Shown one piece after another: positions 53,521 through 64,000 of a stretch of DNA of 64,000 bases. The notes under the pieces are model-generated. The model was given only the letters and a program-made list of their open reading frames with translations. It was not told where the DNA came from and made no database searches. The stretch lies in NCBI RefSeq assembly GCF_009914755.1, contig NC_060929.1. One strand, given 5' to 3'. Each line of letters opens with the position of its first letter. The stretch's first letter is position 1. The position numbers and the translations under genes were made by a program. The DNA is from the human T2T-CHM13v2.0 reference genome, Homo sapiens.

Positions 53521-56289
53521 TCACTCATCTTCAGGCTTCTGGGAACGTTGCTTCATCCAGAGGAGCAAGAGTTATCCTTTCTGTTGGTGGAAAAAATAAT
53601 CAGTGGAAGAATCCGATATTCAAATTTTCATAATTTGCTTGGGAAATATCACCTTGGTACATCAGTTAATATTTTACTAAATGAGCTGTGTTGTATTATA
53701 AGTTTCCATCAGGCGGGTGGTAGCTTCAAGACTTTGGTGAGAAAAGCTCCTTTGCAAGTTGGTTCTCTTTCCTCACAAGTATCCACAGGTAAAGAATTTT
53801 GCCAGGACTCAGAGAACAGCATTCACTCACTGAAGTGTTAATGGCAAAGCAAATCTAGGTGCAAAGTTGGCTGACAGGTCCGCCACAGGAAGATTTCTGT
53901 CTATCACCATTTCAACTGTAGGATAGGTAAGTCCCTTTTCATGAAACAGTGCTGGGAGGAAATTGTATCATTCTTTCCAATAAGTGACTCTTTAAATGAA
54001 AAAAAACTACTACAGCTTTAACTTTACATTCAAATAAATGATATATGCATATTTGTAGCATGTATTTTACCTGTTGTACACTTTCTAGCATTATGTTTTC
54101 AGGCTAGTTTTCCTTCATAATAAATTAACTTATTACTCTTCATGACATGCAAGATGGACTGTGATGTTAAAGAATAATGTTTTCTAATTATCATTGACAT
54201 TTGCAGAGAAGATTAAAATTTAATAAAATTAATTGTCCATTCTTGAATGGCTTACTTTGCAGTTAATCATAGAACTCTGATTTCTCTTACTCTTATGAAA
54301 ACTTCTGAATTTCCTGTGTCTTATTAATATCCATAGTAAACCCAGCACTTAGAAAGTAAGTTAGATTTTTTCCTTCTGTTGACATTGTTGAAGCAAAAAA
54401 AAAAGTACTGATTTTGAAAAAATTCTATGGTTGAAGTTTTTCAACTGAAACCTTTACCAGTAATCTCACCCATCTTATTAGGAAAACCTAACTTCTGGAG
54501 GTTATGTTGAATGGTGAGGAATGTATCCTCTTCGCCGTGGTACATCTCTAGTAATATAATTTGAAGTGCTAGGGCCCCTTGCATCCATTTCTGAATCTAT
54601 TATTAGTTGATTAAATTAGCTGGCTGGATCAGTACAGTGAGAAGAGACGCAGTAATGATATTATAGAATTAGTATGCTATGATGAATTGTCAGGAGAAGT
54701 AATTGTGACAGCCCTGTGGCCATATGCACTTAGCCATGCAATTTATAGTCATTTGGAGAGCCAAGGACTTTTCAGTTTGGGTTAGGAAATTTGCTCCTGC
54801 TTTTGACATAGTTTGAGGGATATGTGTGTAAGAGTGAAGGGGGTGCTTAGCAGCGATTCAGGAAGAAATCAAAAGTCTCACTTCTTAGCCATTGGCATTT
54901 GGATGATTTTCAGGGAATAAGCCAGTGTGTGGATGCCTTTATTGTAACAGTGCCAATTCCTTTAAATAGATTTATATGATAGTGCCGTTACTTTATGGTT
55001 GCTGAAGATAACGTTACTTTGGGTAAGATAAAAGTAAATGCAATCTGGTATCACAATTTCCCTTGTTATGGAACACTGTAAATTCTCATCCATGTACTGC
55101 ATTTACAGCAATCCTGAAAACATTGCTGGGGTTGTTTTGATTTAAATACATACGGGGCTCCTAATTGCAAGTAGTTTTTAAGCAACTTAAAATATAACGT
55201 TACTTTTTGTTTGTTTGTTTTGCAACTATTTGCAAGATAAACGGACTGTCAGGTGCCTCTAAAAGGCTTATGATGACAGCAGTTGGCAATGCAAATATTG
55301 GCACGACACCACATTAGGGCAAATTTATTGCAGAATTACCAAAACATGTATAACTGTGAAGTCACCTCAGTACAACTATTATATGAGAATTACTCTCTTG
55401 CTGTTTTTGTTTTTGTTTTTGTTTTTGTTTTGTTTTTTCATTTTATGACTACCAGGCTACAGTAATATTCAGTAGTACAATGAACATGCTTACTGACATT
55501 CTAACTCCAAACCAGATTCATGCAGAAAACTACTCCTTTTTCTTTTAGCTGTCTATAGATATTTTCTGTGTATAATCGATCGCTTTTATTTCTCAAACAG
55601 GATTTTCATTTGATTACAGATGATTGTTTCGAGATCATTCAAATCAATCAAATGATGTTTGATTACATAGATTGTTTCGTTTTTCTTTTCTTCTCTTGTC
55701 ATTGTTTTATCCATTGTTAACTCAATGTCAATATTTCAAAGATAATCTATAATCAAATATTGTCTTAGGATCTTATTTTATGTCTTAGCCCCTTCTCCAT
55801 GTCCCTAATCTTAATCACCCAGAATTACACATTTAGAAACACTTCTTCAGTAATTCTGTAGTTGCACATTTCACTTTGAAGGTAATAGAAGGGTGTCTGT
55901 CACTTCTTCATTTCTGTGTCCTTCCAGCTCACTAGCACTCTTATCTGGGAGTTATTTTTGACTCTCCTCCTTCACCTTCCAAGTCTAATTTAACACCAAC
56001 ACTTGCTGATTCCTTCCCAGCACAGTCCATCCCTGGCCCCTGCCATCATTCTATACTGGAGTGCAGTGCTCCCCTCTTAGTCCATCTCTCTGCCATCTCT
56101 TCCCAGACCAGTAGAACCTATATATACTGAATTGCCAGATGGATCTCTTAAATTTTTATTATAGCCCCTCATATTTCCTCCATGTGACATGAGGCCTTTT
56201 GCTTATTCTTATTCCAGCCTACAGAACTTATGTGCTTTTTCTCTCCTCTATCTTACCCTTTCCCTAGCACACATAGATGGCTAACTATA

Positions 56290-56520
56290 ATTGTAATTTA
56301 TAAATTTTTGTGCCAGGTACTGTGCTAAGTGCTTTCCATACATTATCTAGTTTAAGCATCATGGCATTCCTACGTGGTAAGTGGTGTGATTCCCTTTTTA
56401 TAGTCAAAGAAACAGAGGTGTGAAACAACTTGCCCACCAAAGTGAAGGTGTAAGAGGAAGAGCCAGGGCCCAAAAGTAGGTCTGTCTGACTTTGTAGTGA
56501 AACCATCAACTACCGTGCAG
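56290..56520. mobile_element. MIR
   Basis: gtgccaggtactgtgctaagtgcttt...gaaacagaggtgtgaaacaacttgccca. Confidence 0.85.
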
Positions 56521-56758
56521 CACTGGCACCCTGGCTACACGTGGTTGTGTTGCTGTTTCCCTGGTGTGGATTTGCATTCAATATTCATCTTTTTGATAAT
56601 TTGTGTTCCTCCTCCCCTTTGTGTACATTTGGAGACTGACCCCACCTTTCATTTTGCATTTTCATATTTGTTTTACTGCATTAATTTGCATTGAATAATG
56701 TGTCACTAAGTATTTGTGCTTGTACACGTACATCCTCACCTAGACCACAATCAAATTA

Positions 56759-57097
<339 letters not shown>

Positions 57098-57853
57098 TCA
57101 ATACAATACTTTGGACTTACAGTCCCTAATGAAGGTGGACATTCAACTTACTAATTGTTCCTCTTTGTCAGGGTGACTTTGTTGCTATATTATATTTTAA
57201 TATTTTCATTTGGTAAATTGCAGGAAAATTAGATTGTCTTCTATGAAGCTTGAGAAAAGCTAAGTTTTGCAAACAAGCTCCTGACCATACAGCAGTAGCC
57301 AGAACAATGAACAGGACATGAACAATAAAGAATCTGTGACCAACAGGAAGATATGGAGATTTGCATACTTTTAAAACCTTATGTGATTAATATTAGATTC
57401 AATCTTTACATTTCTTTTTACAACATTTTGTTCCATAAAAAATGTCAAGCGTGTGTTTGCTGGGAAGAGGAAGAGTTCATTATTCTTATGGTTTTCTTCA
57501 TTATATTTTGAAAAGCCAAGGATGGGGAAATCAACATTGGTAAAAGCAATTAGTGATGTGGGTTGAGGTGCGGGAATTACATCCTATCCCTTGGCATCAA
57601 GAATAAATACCAATTATTATCATATATAGAAGTGTGCCTGTGTCGCTTAAAAAATTATGATTGCTTCAAGATAGTTTAAACATTATCATCTAATAAAAGC
57701 ATATTGAGAAATTAGATAATTTGACTAAAGTATATAACTATACTAAGCAACCTAAACTTAAAATTATGTATATATTTACATATACGTTTCATATCATAAA
57801 ATACAACATACTATATGTATATACACACACACATGAAAACTTAGATGTGTATG

Positions 57854-57883
<30 letters not shown>
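57854..57883. repeat. (GATA)n tetranucleotide STR
   Basis: tagatagatagatagatagatagatagata. Confidence 0.95.
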
Positions 57884-57885
<2 letters not shown>

Positions 57886-57903
57886 TATTTAAATATGTTG
57901 GTA

Positions 57904-58200
57904 GGCCAGGTAAGGTGGCTCATGCCTGTAATTCCAGCACTTTGGGAGGCTGAGATGGGCAGATCGCTTGAGGTCAGAAGTTCAAGACCAGCCTGGCCAA
58001 CGTGGTGAAACCCCACCTCTACTAAAAATACAAAAATTAGATGGGCATGGTGGCTCATGCCTGTAATCCCTGCTACTTGGGAGGCTGAGGCAGGAGAATG
58101 GCTGAGCCTGGGAGGTGGAGGTTGCAGTGAGCTGAGATGGTGCCACCGCACTCCAGCCTGAGTGAAAGAGTGAGACGTCGTCTCAAAGTAAATAAATAAA
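57904..58200 (+). mobile_element. AluS (Sx/Sz-like)
   Basis: Full dimer, (TAAA)n tail. Confidence 0.95.
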
Positions 58201-59179
58201 TATAGATAGATAGATAATTGGGCAGATGGGTATTTAGAACGACAAAATTTCATCAGCATCTTTTCCCGTTTCACTTAAGCTTCTGAAAAGCCCTTCTTGG
58301 TCAGAATGACTGAAACAAAGTGATGGCCTTTTCAAAGTTACATAATATATTTTCAGCACATCCCCTGACTAACACTATGAAAAGTGCATCCATTCTAGAG
58401 TCAGACAGGCCTAAGTTACAATTCTGGATTTACTCATCACTTTCTGTATGTTTTTAAATGAGTTATGCAACTTCTCTTCAGTAAACCAAGAATAAATATA
58501 CTTATGATATGAAGTTAAGATTATCCGAAAAGGGAAAACTCAGCCCTCATTTGAACTAAAATCAGCTTAAAAGGCAAATTGTAAGTAACAAGAGGGGACT
58601 TCCAATAGTGAGCAAGTTCTACCAATATAGTAAGCATTCCTGGATTTTGCAGCAGCAGAGAGCATGATTGGAACATTTCAATGAGAATTTATTTGGCATA
58701 AAGGGAGTTAGAATTAAGTTGAACTTCGAAGTAAGTGTAATAATTAAAATAATAAACGAAAAGAAGGCAAAAGGAAAAGATGTAGGTATAGAGTTTTATA
58801 CTTTGCAAAAGGTCACCAAAATTCCTGGTGACCAGTTGCTTAATAGGAATAGGGAAGCCAGATGCAGGAGTAGTTTGCAACTTGGAAAGCACGTGTCCGT
58901 GAAAAGTGGAGAGCTTATTGTTACCCTGTGTGAAGGAAATTGTAGGCTATGAGACCTTTTAATTTTTCTAGACTATCTTAAAATCCAGTTCTCAAAAACA
59001 ATCTGATTTTTAAATGATGTCAAATTATTCAAGCTTTCTGGGACCAAATAAACTATGTGGACTCCGGGATGGTGGCCTCTCTACTGTACTGTGAATGAGG
59101 ACATGTATAGCTGGTAATAAGTATGATGGCAAGTGGAGTGGAGTGGGCTTTACACCCTTCTCAGCAGGGGAGCCCTGGA

Positions 59180-59655
59180 AGTTCTATGACCTCACCTCCT
59201 ACCAGTATTCTTCTCACTCACTCACTCACTTCCAGCCATGCGGTCTTTGAATAAGCCAATCCCATTTCCAATTTAGGGAGTTTTGCACTAAGTATTCTTC
59301 CTGCCTGAAATGTTCTGCCTCAGGTATCTTCATGTCTAATGTTGTCTCCTTCAAGTTCAGATGTCACCTTCTCAATAAGGCCCACCCTGACCATTGTGTA
59401 AACTTGCAACTGCCTTCCCATCCCTGTTTTATCATGATACCTCGTCTTTTTCCGACAGCACCATCATTCTCTACTATAGAATTTACTCCCCTATCACAAT
59501 TTCTTCTTATTATCACCCTGTCCCTACTGGAATATTAGTTCCAGAGTGGCAGGAATCTTTGTTTTGCTTACTAATATACCTAGAACTAAGCCTGATATGT
59601 TGCACACACTCAAAATATTTGTTGCATAAAGAAATGAGTGAAGGAAGGAATTAAT
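59180..59655 (+). mobile_element. L2 3' fragment
   Basis: ctccttcaagttcagatgtcaccttctcaataaggcccaccctgacc...ctcaaaatatttgttgcataaa. Confidence 0.85.
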
Positions 59656-60279
59656 TCAATTGTTATTTAAAGACCATAGTAAAAACGTGGACACATACTT
59701 TTGAAGCACAAGACTAAACTAAATTAATTGGAGACAAGAGGACTTTAACATTTAGGATTGGAGGCACCAGCATAGTAAGAATTGGGAAAGGCTTATAAAA
59801 TTGTAAAGGTGTTTTGAGGTCGTGGTTAAACAGTAATACGTCTATGCTAAAACTTTAAGAGTATTTGCTAATTAACTAACCTCATATGGAACAAAACCCC
59901 CACATTGTTGATATCTCAAAAGAAATATTAGTCTGACTTAGGCCACTGATCCATGCTACTCAGTGTTGTTTTTCTGACAATAGCAATAAAGGTAATTATA
60001 TTTGAATATTAATGGTTGTTTTGCAAAGCATTGTTCTGATAGAGTAGTCACTTATATTGAAATTAACATTTCCAGTGTACACACGTTAACCTTGTCCTCA
60101 GTCAACAGCTAACTTAAATTAAGTGCCTATTAGAGCTCCATTTAACTAGAGATCAGACCAGCCTCGGCATGGGTGTTGTCCCTGAGGTGTTTAAAGAGAG
60201 CCAAGCTTCTGCTCAACAGGTGGCCCTCCTCTTTGAACTTCTAGTGAGAGCTCCAGTGAATATGTGGAGATACGTTCAA

Positions 60280-60500
60280 TGGGCATTGTAATGTGGCAGG
60301 ACAGAGTGTGGACGCTGGCGACTAATAAACTGGATTTAAGATGGCTCTTCCACGTCCATTAGCTCTGTGGACTCCTAGATAGTTCACAATAAACCTCAGC
60401 ATCCTTACCTATAAAATAGACAATAGGAACATCTACTACATAAGATTCTTGTGAATATAACATGAGCTAGTATATACAAAATTCCTTATCACACTATTTT
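60280..60500. mobile_element. MIR
   Basis: attagctctgtggac...cctcagcatccttacctataaaatagacaata. Confidence 0.65.
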
Positions 60501-60514
60501 GTTGGTAGTATTCT

Positions 60515-60813
60515 GTTTTTTGTTTGTTTGTTTTGAGATGGAGTCTCCCTCTGTCGCCCAGGCTGGAGTACAGTGCCATGATCTTGGCTCACTGCAACCT
60601 CTGTCTCCCAGGTTCAAGCAATTCTCTGCCTCAGCCTCCCAAGTAGCTGGAATTACAGGTGTCTGCCACCACACCCAGCTAATATTTGTATTTTTAGTAG
60701 AGACGGAGTTTCACCATCTTGGCCAGGCTGGTCTTGAACTCCTGACCTTGTGATCCACCTGCCTCAACCTCTCAAAGTGCTGGGATTACAGGCGTGAGCC
60801 ACCATTCCCGGCC
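60515..60813 (-). mobile_element. AluSg-like
   Basis: caccatcttggccaggctggtcttgaactcctgaccttgtgatcc; perfect TSD ggtagtattct (60504-60514; 60814-60824). Confidence 0.96.
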
Positions 60814-63800
60814 GGTAGTATTCTTAAGAATGTTTTGTCTACCCTCTCCATTAATAGGATATATTTATGACTTTTACAAGTAAACGTCGTATTTGTTTGG
60901 CACTTGCAATAGTGGTGATTAGTTCGACAAATAGCACAATTATTCTGTTTCAGTAGGATGTAACCTCATATCTTAACCAAAATATAATGTGGCTAGCAAT
61001 TTTACAATGTTCAAAATACTTCAGAAATCCACAATGTGCAGTTCAACATAATAATTTCTCATTTTCTCCAATCAGCATCCCAGGAGATCTAGTTATTCAT
61101 GCAGATCAACACGTCCATGATTTAAGCCGTGAGCTTTTAGGAACTTCACTGGCCCAAAGCTAATAGGTGAAAAGATATATACCTAACATTTTAAGGGATT
61201 TTCAACTCTTGATGTCTTATTTTGCAAAAGAGCTTTGCAGCAATAATTTATCAGGCAGCCTCTCTGTCCACATTGGAGTATTCTCTAGAATGATTCTTAT
61301 GTTTATTTTACATTTCCCTTCCCTGCAAGAAGACAACTCCAGGTAAGGAGAATTGTGAGTTAATAAGATGCATGCCACTGATAGCAACAGTCTATTTGAT
61401 GTCTATTTCCAAAAGAAAAATGCAAAGTGGAGTGTGTAATCCCTTAACGTAAGATACCTCCATGAATCCCAATGCCTCCACGTGAATCCTGATGCCAGAG
61501 CTGCAAGGAGCATACACTGTCAGGGTACAGAAAATGAAGACCTCTCTGCTTGAAAGTTTAAATGCCCTGCTCAGCAGGAAGTCTAGAAAGATTTGTTCAA
61601 CTGAAATGAGCTTATAATCAGGCTTTCATCCAAAGATAAGGAAAGACAACATCCAGTAGTTTTATGATGCACTCTTACCAGGAAAACACAAATAGTTTTG
61701 TCCATGTTGTGCAGCGTTGACTCCTGTATAGCATATTTCAAACTGCAATCATGAAAATGTTCCATTTCCGACTAAGAAGAAAAAGTCACCCATGAAACTT
61801 GACACCGTACCTTCATTTTTTTTTTAGCAATGAACAAAAAATACACATTGTTAGTGTCACCCATTCTATTTTTTCATTTTCTTTTTATGATTTAGAGGTG
61901 TTCCTAAGACTTGCAATTATTTAAATAAAATTATTGTAGCATTTTTAGGGGTCATTGGTACATTTACTCAGCAAAGTTAGCTGCCTGAAAGACAGATTAA
62001 CTGCTAATCAGTGCTTAATGAGGGCTTTGCCACGCCATGTTTGAGCACTTGTCAGTATAAGAATATCGATTAGTAAAGCCACCTTTTGGACTTATTGTTG
62101 GTAAACTGGGTTGATTTCTGAGGTGGATAAAATGCATGGCTAGATATTCTGTCCACTGTGCTGTTGGCAGGCTGTTGTTTATCACAAGGTTTTAGTGTTC
62201 TTAATGAACTGTTAATAAGCTGTCAATTATAGTGTTTATGCAAATTAGGGAAAGAGACATTGAAGGATTGATGTGCCTAGCATTAAAAATGCCTTCTTGA
62301 TACGTTATAAAGTAAATAATTCCCCTTTTAATAATTGTCCTTAAACATTTGCTCTTCTTTGCCACTGAAGCATTCCCACGTTGGGCACCCTGGAAAACAA
62401 TAGTCCAGGACTTCTTTAAGCATTATACTGAGAAAACAAGACACATCTATCTCTAGGATGTACTTTGCTTTATGTTAGCAATTCTGGAATCATTTTCATT
62501 CACCCTCGGCCGTAAGTGAAGTTCAATATCAAGTGTTCTGAAATTCATGGGTAGCTATTCTATGATTCTCATGTGGGGCATCCATTTTTGCCTTTCTTCC
62601 CACTGGAGACCATCGACCATGGCGAAGCAACCTCCTCAACCCCTTAAATGTCCTGCGCTAATGGTAGCTGTCCCAAGTCCCATGTGCTTTGTAGTGCCTC
62701 AGATTATCTCTTTAGTACAAATCCTTTGTGTGGTTATAAATTGTCAACTGAAACTATTTCTTTTAAAAATCTGCTTCTCTGCCTCTGTCCCGGCAGAAAT
62801 ACCTGTCTTTGGCCAGAAAATCCATTAATTTTCTATTCTGGGTTTTTGTTTTTTTATTTCATATGCCCTTGAATGTGTTGACCTAACATGCCCCACCTGA
62901 CGTCCTTCAAGGGCCTATACAATTGTCTTGTTCTCTCAGTCATTCTTCCGGCCCCGTTTCCCCAGGCAGAATAAATCAGTTCCTTTCTGCAGCAGCCCCA
63001 GAGTACTTTAAATGAGTTAAATATATTCCAGCACCCCCCACCCCTATTCTGCACACACACACATTCAGAAATTGTGAGCTCTTTCAGGGCTTGGCCTGCT
63101 ATTTATTCATCTTCAGAAATCATGTCATTCAATGTTAGAAAATAGCTACCTCAAGACACTCTGGAAGAAATTCTGCTCAGATTTCCATTTTATAATAAAA
63201 CTAAGGTTATTAAATGGTTCCCAATATTTAAAAGGATAATAATTTTGCCGCAATCTCGTCACTTTTATTTTTAATTGTTGTGATCAGAATTCTATCCAGA
63301 TAGTTATTATGGGAGAACAATTCCTGAAGAATGCTTAACCTCTCAATACAATTAAAGTAGACATCTTTTAAAGGCTCTTAATATTCCCCCCAGAAATGTA
63401 AAATTACATCTTGTTTTGTATTGTGGAAGTCATGTTTTGATTATATGAAATTGGTATTTTACGTGAAAAAAAAAATCTTCTGTTCAGCTTGGAGCATGAA
63501 GGTTTGTGCAGTTGTTAGCACATTACTTATTCCAAAATCATTGAAAATATTATTCTTGCAGGTTTGGGGTTTTTTCTAACCTCATTCGCTCAGCTCTGGG
63601 AGTTATAATGTTTCATAAAGGAAGTATCATAATCTACAGCAAAAATCATGCATCCATATCAGTTGAAATGATGGATTAAGCTGTTTTATTATAAGTATAT
63701 CACAAATGCAATAAATATTTGCCAATGAAATGCAGTTATCATAAGGTTTTGCACAGTGCAATTTCATGTTAATGTCCAAGTAGAATATAGATGGCTTTAT

Positions 63801-64000
63801 ATGTTTGGTTATAGTACGTGCTTTGCAGTTTGAAAAATTTATTTGTAAGTGTTGAAAATATAAATATGAGAGTTCAAAGTATCTATGAGTTATTTCTAAA
63901 TACCACTTAACTCCTCCCAAGGCAGATGAGGATAGTATAAAACTGCAATTCTCGTGACTGATAAATCAAATGAAATAATCCAATAAACTGGAAGAAAAAT

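Overview
AT-rich, CpG-depleted primate (very probably human) genomic DNA; no prokaryotic features. The only convincing coding sequence is one 276-nt internal exon (13924-14199, + strand, phase 1/1). Its translation matches, from memory, the intracellular N-terminal domain of teneurin-2 (TENM2/ODZ2, second coding exon). The rest of the window is the two very long flanking introns. They contain 13 Alu-family copies, a 3.4-kb L1PB, an inverted old L1 nested in L2, other L1M/L2/MIR fragments, an MLT2 LTR, several DNA transposons, microsatellites and some repeat-free, motif-rich blocks that look like conserved enhancers. Nearly all listed ORFs are repeat-derived or chance. I cannot demonstrate a new biological system from the sequence alone. 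The best leads are RNA-processing and regulatory: a near-consensus REST/RE1 site, a candidate recursive-splice exon, a candidate neural microexon, UG-flanked cryptic donors, the stop-free circularisable exon, and an intron read-through that would give a short soluble teneurin fragment. Repeat subfamily calls and boundaries are by eye and approximate.
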